The notes: a model not told the origin generated them from the letters alone. A stretch of DNA of 61,057 nt, filler included, from 6 parts of 6 records of this genome joined end to end with filler, not necessarily neighbours in it; one strand, 5' to 3'. Positions 30,697-41,870 are shown, counted from the whole stretch's first letter. Numbers and translations are program-made.

Positions 30697-31494
30697 TTAT
30701 TTGAAATTGGCTTGGCGCTTGGTCAGGAAGGCTTTGACGCCTTCTGCGAAATTTGGGTGGTCGCCCAACTGGCCTTGTGTGCTGGCCTCATATTCGAGCT
30801 GATCGAGATAATTATTATGCGGCGCCACATCCAGCGCCTTGCGGATTTCGGCAAAGGCATTGGACGGCCCTTTGGCAAGCTTTGCCGCCATCGCCATCGC
30901 ATCATCCATCAGCGCGGCATCCTCGACGCATTTCCAGATCAGGCCCCATTCGGCTGCCGTCTCCGCCGGTATCTTGTCGCCGGTCATTGCCATGCCCAAT
31001 GCACGTGCGCGACCGATCAGGCGCGGCAGATGCCATGTCACGCCCAGATCGGGGATCAATCCCAGCTTCGGCCCGAACACGGAGATGAAGCTTGCCGACT
31101 TGGCTGCAATGCACACATCGCCGATCAGCGCGATGCCCACGCCGCCACCGGCCACTGTGCCGTTGATCGCCGTCACGATGGGTTTGGGCAGGGTGTAAAG
31201 CTCGTTCATCATCGGGTTCAGGCGTTCGCGCATCCCGTGTGCCACACCTTGCCCCACGCTCATGCCTTCAGGCCGCCCTGTTTGTTCCGCCAGATCGGCA
31301 CCCGCGCAAAACCCGCGCCCCGCACCGGTAATCAGCAGCACGCGTGCTTCCGGGTTGCTGGCCACTTCTTTGACTGTCGCGCGTGTCTCGGCGATCAGCG
31401 CCTGATTGATGCTGTTCAGCACTTCAGGGCGGTTGAGCGTCAGAATGGCAATGCCATCCTTGATTTCAAATGTTGTGGCTGTGCGTTCGGTCAT
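30697..31494 (-). CDS. Enoyl-CoA hydratase/isomerase
   Basis: GRGFCAGADL, AINGTVAGGG, LGLIPDLG, EGVKAFLTKR. Confidence 0.9.
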   Translation of the reverse strand: MTERTATTFEIKDGIAILTLNRPEVLNSINQALIAETRATVKEVASNPEARVLLITGAGRGFCAGADLAEQTGRPEGMSVGQGVAHGMRERLNPMMNELYTLPKPIVTAINGTVAGGGVGIALIGDVCIAAKSASFISVFGPKLGLIPDLGVTWHLPRLIGRARALGMAMTGDKIPAETAAEWGLIWKCVEDAALMDDAMAMAAKLAKGPSNAFAEIRKALDVAPHNNYLDQLEYEASTQGQLGDHPNFAEGVKAFLTKRQANFK

Positions 31495-31645
31495 GTCAGC
31501 GCCTCGTCCCAATTCACTTTTGTTGTGATTTGCACGAGAGCATAGACGCAGCTTTAAGGCGGCGAAAGGGCACGGCTAATGTGCTGTCCCTTTGCCGCCT
31601 CGACGTTGCGTCAATCTATGAGAGAGAAGGGGAGAACCCGCCTTA

Positions 31646-32704
31646 TCAACTGGCTTTGGCGGTCAGTGCGGGCTGGCCACCGTCAGTAATGACCTGATTT
31701 CGGCCGGCACGCTTGGCCTGATAGAGGCATTTGTCCGCCCGCTCGATAAGCGAAGCCGAGCTGTCGCCGACATTGAATGTCGAGACACCCAGAGACATTG
31801 TCACGCGGCCCAGTGTTTCACCTGTCGAGCGTTTGACAAGTTCGCGTGCCTGCACAGCTTCGCGGATCGAGTTGCCGAGCCTCTCGGCGCGTTCGATCGA
31901 AATGCCGGGCATGATCACCGCAAATTCTTCACCGCCATAGCGCGCCACTTTGTCGGCCTCGCGTGCGCCGTTTTTCAGGCAACTCGCGACAAGACGCAGC
32001 ACCTGGTCGCCGGTGCGATGACCCCATGTGTCATTGAATGCTTTGAAGTGATCTATATCGCCCATCATCAGGCACAGCGTCGTGCCCTCATTGGCGGCTT
32101 TCGCAATTTCCTGCGCCAGCAATTCGTCAAAGGCTTTGCGGTTGTTCACACCGGTCAGACCATCGGTGCGCGCTTCGTTGCGCGCATTGGTCAGATTGGT
32201 CTGCAATGTGCTCAGCTCGGTCTTCGTCTCGTTCAGGCGGCCTTCGAGTTCTTTCGTCCGGCTTTCCATTTCCAGCGAGGCGCTCATGATGGCCTGCACC
32301 ACGCGGCGCACATCGGCAGGCGACGACTTGTTGGTCAGCCCTTCGCTCGCAGAACGCACTGAACTGCCCAAGGCGGAATTATCACCGGCAGCCGTCTGAA
32401 CCAATTCCAAAATCTTGTCGATCTCGGTACCCAGTTTGTCGCCGGTCTCAATGGCAGCATCAGCGAGCGAGCTATGGCTGATATGGCGCTTGTGCAGATC
32501 GGAAATGACCTTCTCGTCGAAGTTCTTTCCCTCGCGTAAGCGGCTATCGATTTCTTCGTTCAGCTCGGCACCTTGACCCGACGCATAGCGGAACCAGACC
32601 TCGTAGTTGGTCGGCAGCGGAACAACATTGTGCTGGGCCATAAGGGCCAGCGCTTTCTTGCTCCACTCAGTCGCAACGGCCAAATCATCCGTATAGGTGT
32701 TCAC
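31646..32704 (-). CDS. Diguanylate cyclase (DgcB-like architecture)
   Basis: N-terminal P.NYEVWF helical domain, coiled coil, TDGLTG, DIDHFK, RxxD I-site (READ) and GGEEF. Confidence 0.92.
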   Translation of the reverse strand: MNTYTDDLAVATEWSKKALALMAQHNVVPLPTNYEVWFRYASGQGAELNEEIDSRLREGKNFDEKVISDLHKRHISHSSLADAAIETGDKLGTEIDKILELVQTAAGDNSALGSSVRSASEGLTNKSSPADVRRVVQAIMSASLEMESRTKELEGRLNETKTELSTLQTNLTNARNEARTDGLTGVNNRKAFDELLAQEIAKAANEGTTLCLMMGDIDHFKAFNDTWGHRTGDQVLRLVASCLKNGAREADKVARYGGEEFAVIMPGISIERAERLGNSIREAVQARELVKRSTGETLGRVTMSLGVSTFNVGDSSASLIERADKCLYQAKRAGRNQVITDGGQPALTAKAS

Positions 32705-32887
32705 GCAAGCAGCCCTCGATTTAAATGTACAAGCCGTCCCAAGCGGCGATCTCTTGAGGGCTGAGACTAGTCCAACTTCGTTACGCGGCGGTAAACTCCG
32801 CAGAAAACGGCCATTTTTCTACAATTTTACTCAATTCCCTTGCATGCCTGTGGATAGTTTGAAAGAGCGAGTATTTCCGCGCCTTTA

Positions 32888-32903
32888 TTGGCATGGACCC
32901 TGC
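32888..32903 (+). promoter_or_regulatory. Possible sigma54 (-24/-12) promoter
   Basis: TTGGCATGGACCCTGC: GG-N10-GC about 80 bp upstream of the aldehyde dehydrogenase. Confidence 0.35.
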
Positions 32904-32984
32904 CGTTTTCGGTTTTTGTCATGTATATTTTTCTCAAATAGCCGTCGGCAGACCTCCCCCGGACGGCGATAGGGAGAAATAAAA

Positions 32985-34448
32985 ATGAGCCTTGCAGAGT
33001 CAAATGCCCGTGAAACAGATGGCAACGCCATCTCGCAATCGATCCGCAACATCGTAGATCGCCAGAAAGCTGCCCACATTAAAGAGGGGGCGCCGAGCGC
33101 CGAGCGCCGCATCGAGTGGATGGACCGCGCCATTGCGCTGCTGGTCGATAACCAGAAAGAGATCGCGGAAGCATTGGCCTCCGATTTCGGCCACCGCAGC
33201 CACGAGCAGTCATTGCTCACAGACGTCATGGGCTCCATTGGACCTTTGAAACATGCCAAGAAGCATCTTCGCCAGTGGATGAAGCCGGAAAAGCGCAAAG
33301 TGCAGTTCCCGCTCAACCTGCTGGGTGCCAAAGCCCGCGTCGAATTCCAGCCGCTGGGCGTTGTCGGCATCATCAGCCCGTGGAATTTCCCGATCAATCT
33401 GACATGGACACCGCTGGCAGGCGTTTTCTCCGCGGGCAACCGTGCCATCATCAAGCCGTCGGAATTCACACCCGCCACATCCGAACTGATGGCCCGCATG
33501 ATCCGCTCTGCTTATGACGAAACCGAAGTGGCCGTCGTCACAGGCGGTCCCGCCGTTGGCGAAGCGTTCTCGCGCCAGCCCTTCGACCATCTGCTTTTCA
33601 CGGGTGCGACTTCGATCGCCTATCACGTCATGCGTGCGGCGGCCGAAAACCTCGTACCGCTCACACTGGAACTGGGCGGCAAGTCGCCGGTCATCATTTC
33701 CAAATCCGCCAAGATGGATGATGCCGCGGCCAAGGTCATGACGGGCAAGACACTCAATGCCGGTCAGATCTGCCTTGCGCCAGATTATGTTTTCGTTCCC
33801 GAAGGCCGTGTCGAGGAATTCGTCACTGAAGCCACAAAGTCGGTCACGAAAATGTTCCCGACGCTTAAAGACAATCCCGATTACACCTCGATCATCAACC
33901 AGCGCCATTTTGATCGTATCAACGGATATGTAGATGATGCCAAGTCCAAGGGCGCGCGCATCGTCGAGATCAATCCGGCCAATGAGGATATGTCCCAGCA
34001 GCAGGCGCACAAGATCGCGCCGACCCTGATCATCAATCCGACCGAAGACATGAAGGTCATGCAGGACGAAATCTTCGGACCTGTCCTTCCGATCAAGACC
34101 TATAAGGATGTCAGCGAAGTTCTCGGCTACGTGAACGATCATCCCCGTCCGCTGGGCCTCTACTATTTCGGCGAAGACGCAGCCGAAGAGCGCACAGTGC
34201 TTGATCGCACAACTTCCGGCGGTGTCACCATTAATGACGTGATCATGCATGTGTCGATGGAAGACCTGCCATTCGGCGGCGTCGGCCCCAGCGGCATGGG
34301 TGCCTATCATGGTCATGATGGCTTCAAGACATTCAGCCATTCCAAGGCCATCTATGTGCAGGCAAAAGCCAAAATGGTCGCGGAAATGTTCCGCGCGCCC
34401 TATGGCGAAAAGACCCGCAAGACCCTTGCCGGTATGATCAAGAAATAA
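32985..34448 (+). CDS. Coniferyl-aldehyde dehydrogenase-like ALDH (CalB family)
   Basis: PWNFP, KPSE, FTG, LELGGKSP (Glu), NAGQICLAPDY (Cys), EIFGP, PFGGVGPSGMGAYHG. Confidence 0.9.
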   Translation: MSLAESNARETDGNAISQSIRNIVDRQKAAHIKEGAPSAERRIEWMDRAIALLVDNQKEIAEALASDFGHRSHEQSLLTDVMGSIGPLKHAKKHLRQWMKPEKRKVQFPLNLLGAKARVEFQPLGVVGIISPWNFPINLTWTPLAGVFSAGNRAIIKPSEFTPATSELMARMIRSAYDETEVAVVTGGPAVGEAFSRQPFDHLLFTGATSIAYHVMRAAAENLVPLTLELGGKSPVIISKSAKMDDAAAKVMTGKTLNAGQICLAPDYVFVPEGRVEEFVTEATKSVTKMFPTLKDNPDYTSIINQRHFDRINGYVDDAKSKGARIVEINPANEDMSQQQAHKIAPTLIINPTEDMKVMQDEIFGPVLPIKTYKDVSEVLGYVNDHPRPLGLYYFGEDAAEERTVLDRTTSGGVTINDVIMHVSMEDLPFGGVGPSGMGAYHGHDGFKTFSHSKAIYVQAKAKMVAEMFRAPYGEKTRKTLAGMIKK

Positions 34449-34468
34449 GTCGGACATTACGTCCAGAG

Positions 34469-34497
34469 AAAGGGCGGCTCACGGGCCGCCCTTTTTT
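34469..34497 (+). terminator. Rho-independent terminator
   Basis: AAAGGGCGGCTC-ac-GGGCCGCCC-TTTTTT. Confidence 0.8.
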
Positions 34498-34532
34498 CTG
34501 CATTCATTCATTCGATCATTGGAGCCCCGCAC

Positions 34533-35846
34533 ATGCGTTCACCCATTCTTCCGCTTGTAACAGGACTGGCCGCACTTGCGCTGGTCGGTTGCGGTGACAG
34601 TTCAACTCAGCCTGTCGAGGCAGGCATGGGGCCAAATCCGGTCTTGCCTGAGCCGCAATCTTCCGCGCTGCCCACCATCTCCATCGCCTCGGCCATCGGC
34701 TGGAGCGAAGGCGAAAAGCCGACACCTGCCGAAGGCTTGCAGGTCAATGCCTTTGCCAAGGGGCTCGATCATCCCCGCTGGCTCTATGTTCTGCCCAATG
34801 GCGACGTGCTTGTGGCCGAAACCAACAAGCCTCCGAAAGATGGGGCAGGCGGGCTTCGCGGTCTGGCCGAGAAAATTATCATGGGAGCGGCCGGTGCCAA
34901 TGCCGAGACGGCAAACCGGATAACCTTGCTCCGCGATGGTGACGGCGACGGTGTGGCCGAAACGGCTTCGCCTTTCCTCGAAAACCTCTTCTCGCCTTTC
35001 GGCATGGCACTTGTCGGCAACACGCTTTATGTCGCCAATGCAGATGCCATCGTCTCTTTCCCCTATGAGACAGGCGAAACCAGCATTTCCGCCGCACCGA
35101 CAAAAGTGATGGACTTGCCCGGAGGGCCGCTCAACCATCACTGGACCAAGAACATCATCGCCAGCCCCGATGGTTCGCATCTCTACGCGACGGTCGGCTC
35201 CAACAGCAATATTGGCGAGAATGGTATGGAGGCTGAAGTTGGCCGTGCCGCCATTCACGAACTTGATCTGGCAACCGGCCAGTCGCGCATTTTCGCAAGC
35301 GGCTTGCGCAATCCCAATGGTCTGGCATGGGAGCCTGTCACAGGTGCGCTCTGGACCACGGTCAACGAGCGCGATGAAATCGGCAATGATCTCGTGCCCG
35401 ATTACATGACGTCAGTGAAGGACGGCGCCTTCTACGGCTGGCCTTACAGCTATTACGGCCAGCACGTCGATGAGCGTGTGCAGCCCCAGAACCCCGATCT
35501 CGTTGCCAGCGCCATTGCGCCGGATTATGCGCTGGGAGCACATACCGCTTCTCTCGGTCTGGCCTTCTACGAGGCGTCTTTGCTGCCTGCGAAATATAGC
35601 GGCGGTGCCTTTATCGGTCAGCACGGCTCATGGAACCGTAAGCCACCGAGCGGCTACAAGGTGATTTTTGTTCCCTTTGCCGAAGGCAAGCCCTCGGGCA
35701 TGGCCGAAGATATTCTGACAGGTTTCCTGAACGATGAGGGCGACGCTCGCGGTCGTCCCGTCGGCACGGTTGTGGATAGCACCGGCGCACTGCTTGTGGC
35801 CGATGATGTCGGCAACGTCATCTGGCGTGTCATACCCGCTAATTGA
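34533..35846 (+). CDS. Sorbosone dehydrogenase-family lipoprotein (PQQ-type beta-propeller)
   Basis: LVGC lipobox; [46 protein letters not shown]. Confidence 0.9.
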   Translation: MRSPILPLVTGLAALALVGCGDSSTQPVEAGMGPNPVLPEPQSSALPTISIASAIGWSEGEKPTPAEGLQVNAFAKGLDHPRWLYVLPNGDVLVAETNKPPKDGAGGLRGLAEKIIMGAAGANAETANRITLLRDGDGDGVAETASPFLENLFSPFGMALVGNTLYVANADAIVSFPYETGETSISAAPTKVMDLPGGPLNHHWTKNIIASPDGSHLYATVGSNSNIGENGMEAEVGRAAIHELDLATGQSRIFASGLRNPNGLAWEPVTGALWTTVNERDEIGNDLVPDYMTSVKDGAFYGWPYSYYGQHVDERVQPQNPDLVASAIAPDYALGAHTASLGLAFYEASLLPAKYSGGAFIGQHGSWNRKPPSGYKVIFVPFAEGKPSGMAEDILTGFLNDEGDARGRPVGTVVDSTGALLVADDVGNVIWRVIPAN

Positions 35847-35853
35847 TCCAATA

Positions 35854-35882
35854 AAAAAGGCGGCCATTGAGGCCGCCTTTTT
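35854..35882. terminator. Bidirectional Rho-independent terminator
   Basis: AAAAAGGCGGCC-attga-GGCCGCCTTTTT between convergent genes. Confidence 0.85.
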
Positions 35883-35904
35883 CTTATCCTGACATCGATG
35901 AGGC

Positions 35905-37081
35905 TTACGCTTCTTCGGTCTCTGTTTCTTCTGCATCGACTTCTTCTGCATCATCAGGACGACGCTTGGGAAGTTTGACCGCACGCAGCATGAAGGCCGG
36001 CACATGGTCGCCAAGGCCGATAACGCGCTGGCCGTCATCATCATCGCGGTTGCGTCCGCGCGGACGTTCGGTGCGGTCACGGCGCGGCTGCTCGTTGCGC
36101 GGCGCGTTGTTGCTGGAATTGCTGCTATTGCTGCGGCTCTGGCGCGGGGCAGGTTGCTCTGCCACTTCCGCCATGAGTTCCGGTGCATCGGCAGGTGTTT
36201 CAGGCTGCGGCGCATCTTCTGCCACTGCCGGTGTTGCAGTCTCGGCCTTCTTGCGGCCACGGCCTCCGCGGGCACGACGCTCGCGCGGCTTGCGTTCTTT
36301 TTTCTCGGCGGTGCTGTCTTCGCCTTCAACCGCGTCAACGGCTGGCGTTTCAACGGCTTCCACAGCTTCAGGCGCGTCAGCGACGACAGCCTCTTCAGCT
36401 TTGTCGCTTGCCTTGTCGCTTGCTTTGGCATTGCGCTCGGGAATGGCATTGCCGATCAGCTTTTCGATACCGGCAAGGTATTTTCCGTCTTCACGTGTCA
36501 CCAGCGTATAGGCCGAGCCTAGTCGGCCAGCACGGCCCGTGCGGCCGATGCGGTGGACATAGTCTTCCGCATGCGTGGGCACATCGAAGTTGAAAACATG
36601 GCTCACATCAGGAATGTCGAGACCGCGCGCGGCCACGTCACTTGCCACCAGCAGACGCACGGTGCCATTGCGGAAACCGTCCAGCGTCTTGGTGCGTGTG
36701 GATTGGTCCAGATCGCCATGCAGCGCCCCGACGGGCAGACCATGCTTTTCGAGTGTCTTGTGAACAGCACCAATATCGCGCTTGCGATTGCAGAAGATGA
36801 TGGCGTTCTTCACATCTTCTTCTTCGATCAGCGAGAGCAGGGTGTCGCGCTTCTTCTCTCGTGTGGTCTTGACCACACCTTGCGTAATGGTCGAATTGGC
36901 CGACGCAGCGCGCGAGACTTCAACCTTCTCGGGGTTCTGCAGGAATGTATCTGTCAGGCGCTGGATTTCCGGCGGCATGGTTGCCGAGAAGAAGAGTGTC
37001 TGACGCGTGAAGGGGATCTTTTTGCAGATTTCTTCAATATCGGGAATGAAACCCATATCGAGCATGCGGTCGGCTTCGTCG
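35905..37081 (-). CDS. DEAD-box RNA helicase (RhlE-like), 5' truncated
   Basis: DEADRMLDMGF at the contig edge, SAT, LHGD, ARGLD, YVHRIGRTGRAG; long low-complexity tail. Confidence 0.95.
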
Positions 37082-37181
37082 NNNNNNNNNNNNNNNNNNN
37101 NNNNNNNNNNNNNNNNNNNNNNNNNTTAATTAATTAANNNNNNNNNNNNNNNNNNNNNNNNNNNNNNNNNNNNNNNNNNNN
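37082..37181. other. Artificial contig linker
   Basis: 44 N + TTAATTAATTAA + 44 N. Confidence 0.98.
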
Positions 37182-37883
37182 GTCCAATATGCCACGGTAG
37201 CGGGCGATGTCGATGACACCGTCCCCCACCATGCCACGGTCCTGATAAACGTCACGGGTCGGAACCAGCCAGTCGCAGAGGTGAAAGGTCAGGATCTTGT
37301 CGGGACCGGCCTTGAGCAGCCCTGCCTCGAACTCCGGATCCCACCAGCAGTGATAGACGTCGGCCACGATGCCACTGCCGTCGCCCAGCCGCTCGCAGAG
37401 GTCAAGGCATTGGGCGAAGGTCGACAGGCAAGAGCGGTCGGCGGCATACATCGGGTGCAACGGCTCCAGCCCCAACGCGACGCCAGCGTCGCGCGCATGA
37501 GGCAGGAGTTCTTCGAGCGCATCGCTCACCCGCGCGCGGGCGGCGCGCAGGTCCTTTTCGCCAGTGGCAAGGCTGCCGGGCACTACGACCAGGGTTTTGG
37601 CCCCCAGGTCTGCGGCGAGGTCGAGCCTGCGCCGGTTCTCATCCAGTGCAGAGGCAAAAGCTGCCTTGTCGGTCAGGTTCACCCAGGCGCTGGTGCAGAG
37701 GCAGGGCACAAACAGCCCTGCGTCGCGGATCAATTTTGCGGCGCTGGCACCGTGCGCGTCCGCGTATTCAGTCCAGACGCCGATTCCGGGCACTCCCGCG
37801 CGGGCATAGCCGTCGACCGCCTGCGCGAGGGTCCAGTTCTTGGTGGTGATCTGGTTGATGGCAAAGCGCGAGAGGTCCATCAC
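37182..37883 (-). CDS. Sugar-phosphate isomerase/epimerase TIM-barrel (AP endonuclease 2 family), 3' truncated
   Basis: LEPLHPMYAADRS, DVYHCWWD, FHLCDW, DRGMVGDG metal-ligand motifs. Confidence 0.88.
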
Positions 37884-39625
37884 GCCACCTGCGCACGGCG
37901 CAGCGCCTCTGTTTCCACCATGTCCAGCGTATTGCCGTTCACCGCTACGCCGAACTCTTTGCGGGCGAAACCAACAGTGATCTTGCCGTCCAGCACGTCC
38001 TCCAGAACCGCCTCCGGCGTACGATCAAACGGGTTGCCATAGCCGCCGCCGCCCGCCTGTTCGTGCCGAAGCAGGGCGCCGCGTGTGATCTCCCGCGTGA
38101 CCTTGCTGTTCAAAAGCTCGAAATCCTCTGCCGCGCCGCTCTGCGCGAACAGGTTGAGCGACGGAGCGCCCGGCGCGCCCCCAAAGAGACCGTAAGGCCG
38201 GGTCTGGTAGCGGTCGGTGCGCAACTGCATCACCGCCTCATCCGCCAGCAGTCGGTAAGAACGGATCACGCTAAGGCCGCCGCGCTGTTTGCCCGCGCCA
38301 CAGCTGTCGGGGCGCAGCCCGTATTCCTCAATGCGGATCGGATAGGTCGCCTCCATGATCTCTACCGGCATGTTGGACATGTTCTGGCATGGGTTGGTGA
38401 CGCCATCGACGCCGTCCAGCGTCGCACGCCCCCCAAGCGCGCCGTTGATCATGTCGACAAGGATGAACGGTTCGCGTGTTTGCTTGTCATAGCCGCCAAG
38501 GCAAACGACAGAGTTGCCCCCTTCGCCGGCTGCGGCCACGCGGCCGGGCACGATGCCTGCCAAGGCCCCCAGTACCGTGTCCGCGACACGGTAGCCGGTC
38601 AAGGCGCGCGCCGCGACCGGGGCGGGGAATTCGGGGTTCAGCAGAGTGCCTTTGGGTGCGCTGACGTCGATACAACGATAGATGCCCGCGTTGTTCGGCA
38701 CGTCGTTGTCCAGTACGCAACGTATGCCGAGATAGGTGGCGGACTTGACGAAAGAGAGGGTCGAGTTGATCGCCCCACGCACCTGCGGCGCGCTGCCGGT
38801 GAAATCGACGGTCAGATGATCGCCCTTGACCGTGATCGTGACCTTGATCGGGATGGGTGTTTCGTCAAAGCCGTCCCCGTCGATATAGTCGGTAAAGGTA
38901 TAATCGCCGTCCGGCCATTCGGCGAATGCCTTGCGGGTCAATCGTTCGCCGTAGTCCAGGAACTCCTCGAGGAATTCCTCCAGCATGTCGGCACCATACT
39001 TGTCCACCAGCCGCAAAAGCTCGCGTTCGCCAAGTGCACAGGTAGCCAACTGCGCTTCGAGGTCGCCGACAACCAGCGCAGGTAGCCTGACGTTGGTGCG
39101 AATCATTGCAAACAGCGTGTCATTGCGGACCCCTTTGCTGAACAACTTCAGCGGCGGGATGCGCAGACCTTCCTGAAAGATCTCAGTTGAATCCGAAGCG
39201 TTGGAACCGGGCACCCGTCCGCCCATGTCGCAATGGTGGCAGATCACCACGGAAAAGCCGACATGACGGTCACCCGAAAAGATCGGCTTGAACATAAAGA
39301 TGTCGGGCAGGTGCATGCCGCCATCATAGGGGTCGTTGAAAATGATCACGTCGCCCGGATGCAGATCGTCGCCATAGTGTTTCATCAGGGAATCGACGGC
39401 GTCGGGCACTGCGCCAAGGTGCAGCGCGACGGTCTTGGCCTGCGCCAGAATGCGTCCCTGCGCGTCGCACATGGTGGTGGAGTAATCCAGTACGTCACGC
39501 ACGATGGGTGAGCGCGCGGTGCGCATGACGGTATAGGCCATGTCGTCAACGATGCTTTCCAGCGCGCTTTTCAAAACGGCAAAGGTGACGGGGTCGATGC
39601 TGGCGGTCATGGTTGCGTCCTTCAT
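37880..39625 (-). CDS. Hydantoinase B / oxoprolinase family protein
   Basis: DPVTF, RTARS, HLGA, NDPYDGGMHLPD, HHCDMGG, EIFQEG, GGGGYG; ATG about 39625 overlaps the hydantoinase A stop. Confidence 0.93.
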   Translation of the reverse strand: MKDATMTASIDPVTFAVLKSALESIVDDMAYTVMRTARSPIVRDVLDYSTTMCDAQGRILAQAKTVALHLGAVPDAVDSLMKHYGDDLHPGDVIIFNDPYDGGMHLPDIFMFKPIFSGDRHVGFSVVICHHCDMGGRVPGSNASDSTEIFQEGLRIPPLKLFSKGVRNDTLFAMIRTNVRLPALVVGDLEAQLATCALGERELLRLVDKYGADMLEEFLEEFLDYGERLTRKAFAEWPDGDYTFTDYIDGDGFDETPIPIKVTITVKGDHLTVDFTGSAPQVRGAINSTLSFVKSATYLGIRCVLDNDVPNNAGIYRCIDVSAPKGTLLNPEFPAPVAARALTGYRVADTVLGALAGIVPGRVAAAGEGGNSVVCLGGYDKQTREPFILVDMINGALGGRATLDGVDGVTNPCQNMSNMPVEIMEATYPIRIEEYGLRPDSCGAGKQRGGLSVIRSYRLLADEAVMQLRTDRYQTRPYGLFGGAPGAPSLNLFAQSGAAEDFELLNSKVTREITRGALLRHEQAGGGGYGNPFDRTPEAVLEDVLDGKITVGFARKEFGVAVNGNTLDMVETEALRRAQVA

Positions 39626-41703
39626 GCGTCGGCGTCCATTTCGATCAGGATGTTGAGATAGGGGTCGCGGGTACAACTTGCGTCTGGCGGGATGACGACG
39701 GTGCTGTCGGTGCCCTCAAGGATCGCCGGGCCCTGAAGGGTCGCTGGCGCGCCAAAGCGGCTAAAGCAGGGCGTGTCGTGCCAGCCGTGCTCTTCGCCGA
39801 AATAGACTCGGCGCGTCGTTGCCGGGGTCTCTGCCTCTGGATCACGCGGCAGGCGGAAGTCCAGCTTGCCGGGGCGCTCACCGCGCCCGGTGACGCGCAG
39901 GCTGACCATTTCGACTTGATCGGTCGGCGTGTAGCTGTAAATGGTGCGGTAGGCGTCAAGATAGCGCGCGCGGATTGCTTCGGCGTCGACCGGGTCACCA
40001 AGCGCCACTGAAAGCGACAGTTCCTGCCCGCGAAAGCGCAGGTCGATCTCTGCCGAAAGCGCGATGGCCTCGGCAGGGATACCCTCTGCGAGAACGGCTG
40101 CGTGCGCCTCTGTCTTGAGCTTTTCAACACGGGCGAGGGCGGCACTAGCGTCGATGTCTTCCAGCATCCCCGGGAAGGGCGCGATGAAGTAACGCTCTAC
40201 ATCCCCCGCAAGCATTCCCATGGCCGTGAAGACACCGGGGGAGGCCGGAACGAGGATGCGTTTCATCGACAACAGCCGCGCGATATCTGCGGCATGAACA
40301 GGGCCGGAACCGCCGATGGCCACAAGATCGAAATCGCGCGGATCAACGCCGCGCTCTACCGTGACTGCGCGGATGGCGCGGGCCATGTTGGCGTTGACCA
40401 CGGCGCGCACGCCCCACGCGGCCTGTTCTGCGGACAGCCCAAACGGCTTTGCGAGGTCGCGGGCAATCACTTCGGTCGCGCGCGCAACGTCCAGTGTCCG
40501 CGACCCGCCCGCCAGTTGCTGCGGCAAGTAACCCAGAATGAGGTTCGCATCTGTTACAGTCGGACGATCACCGCCAATGCCGTAGCAGACTGGCCCCGGC
40601 TCCGCGCCCGCAGAAATCGGCCCAACCTTCATCAGGCCGCCTTCGTCCACATGAGCGATAGATCCCGCACCGCTGCCAACCTCGGCCACGTCCACTGCCG
40701 GAACGCTCATCATGTAGCCGCCTGCCTTGATGAAGCGGCTGGGCGTTGAGATCCCGGCGCGGAATTCGTATTCGGAAACGCGGCTCAATTGCCCGTCAGC
40801 CACAAGAGAGGCAGAGGCCGTGGTGCCGCCCATGTCGAACACCACCAGGTTCGCGGTGTCCAGCGCGGCTCCCAATCGCCCGCCACCCGCCGCACCCGCC
40901 GCGCGGCCGGAGGAGATGAAGAACACTGGCTTTTCCCGTGCGGTGGCGGAAGACGCCAGCGCCCCGTTGGAATTGCAGACCATCAGCGGCGCATCGATTC
41001 CCAGCGCGCGTAGACCATCCTCCAGCCGGGTCAGGTAGCTTTTCAATGCCGGACGAACATAGGCATTCACGACGGCGGTGCTGGTGCGTTCGTATTCCTT
41101 GGCCTCAGGCAGAACCGAGACGGAGGTCGTGATTTCTAGGTCCGGAAACGCCTTTTCCAATGCCGCGCCCGCCTGAACCTCATGCTCTGGGTTGCGGTAA
41201 GAGTTGAGGAAGCAGACCGCGAGAGAGGTCAGCCCCTCATCGACCAGTTCCTGCGCAACGGACAGCAATTCGTCGATGTCCAGTTTGGTCAGGATCGAGC
41301 CATCAGCGGCGATCCTTTCCGATACTTCGCGGCGATATCGACGGCGCACCAGCGGCTCTGGCTTTTCCCACTGCAGGTTGAACATGTCGGGGGTGCGGAG
41401 GCGTCCGATCTCCAGCACGTCGCGGAATCCCCTGGTCGTGATCAGCCCGGTCCGCGCACCAAGTTTCTGCAGCAGCGTGTTCGATCCGACAGTGGTTCCA
41501 TGGACAATTTCGCCAATGCTTGAGGCGTCAATCTCGGCGTCTTCCATGATTGCGGCTACGCCGGCCAGTACCGCCTGTTCTGGTGCAGGCGGTGTCGAGG
41601 ATACTTTGCGATGATACAGCTTTCCGCCCGTACCCGTCAGCACCAGATCGGTAAAGGTTCCGCCGATATCAACACCGATTCGCGCCAGTGATTCTTTGGT
41701 CAT
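39622..41703 (-). CDS. Hydantoinase A / oxoprolinase family ATP-binding subunit
   Basis: GVDIGGTFTD, HGTT, EYERTST, DMGGTT, SAGAEPGPVCY, PTVTDAN. Confidence 0.93.
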   Translation of the reverse strand: MTKESLARIGVDIGGTFTDLVLTGTGGKLYHRKVSSTPPAPEQAVLAGVAAIMEDAEIDASSIGEIVHGTTVGSNTLLQKLGARTGLITTRGFRDVLEIGRLRTPDMFNLQWEKPEPLVRRRYRREVSERIAADGSILTKLDIDELLSVAQELVDEGLTSLAVCFLNSYRNPEHEVQAGAALEKAFPDLEITTSVSVLPEAKEYERTSTAVVNAYVRPALKSYLTRLEDGLRALGIDAPLMVCNSNGALASSATAREKPVFFISSGRAAGAAGGGRLGAALDTANLVVFDMGGTTASASLVADGQLSRVSEYEFRAGISTPSRFIKAGGYMMSVPAVDVAEVGSGAGSIAHVDEGGLMKVGPISAGAEPGPVCYGIGGDRPTVTDANLILGYLPQQLAGGSRTLDVARATEVIARDLAKPFGLSAEQAAWGVRAVVNANMARAIRAVTVERGVDPRDFDLVAIGGSGPVHAADIARLLSMKRILVPASPGVFTAMGMLAGDVERYFIAPFPGMLEDIDASAALARVEKLKTEAHAAVLAEGIPAEAIALSAEIDLRFRGQELSLSVALGDPVDAEAIRARYLDAYRTIYSYTPTDQVEMVSLRVTGRGERPGKLDFRLPRDPEAETPATTRRVYFGEEHGWHDTPCFSRFGAPATLQGPAILEGTDSTVVIPPDASCTRDPYLNILIEMDADA

Positions 41704-41723
41704 GTAACCGCCTTCCCTGCAAC

Positions 41724-41836
41724 TATTGGACTAATTGGTTAGTTAGTGAGCTTGGCGCGGTCAAGGTAAATATCGTTGTTTAACTGATGCAAAATTGGTC
41801 GAAAATAAAACTTGCTATAATTATTGGACTAGTTAG
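41724..41836. promoter_or_regulatory. Repeated operator candidates (GntR-like) in the divergent promoter region
   Basis: TATTGGACTAATTGG at 41724 and TATTGGACTAGTTAG at 41822, in an AT-rich gap. Confidence 0.5.
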
Positions 41837-41870
41837 TCTCGAATCAAATCATGCAGCAGGGAGTCTAAAA

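Noticed and set aside
32888-32903. Linking this sigma54-like promoter to rpoN at 50576
   Set aside because: They are on different contigs, possibly from different organisms, and the motif alone is weak.
33210-34457. 415-aa minus-strand ORF (and similar ones such as 29757-30704, 38063-39085, 54210-55259)
   Set aside because: These are antisense shadows of well-supported genes, which is common in GC-rich coding DNA.
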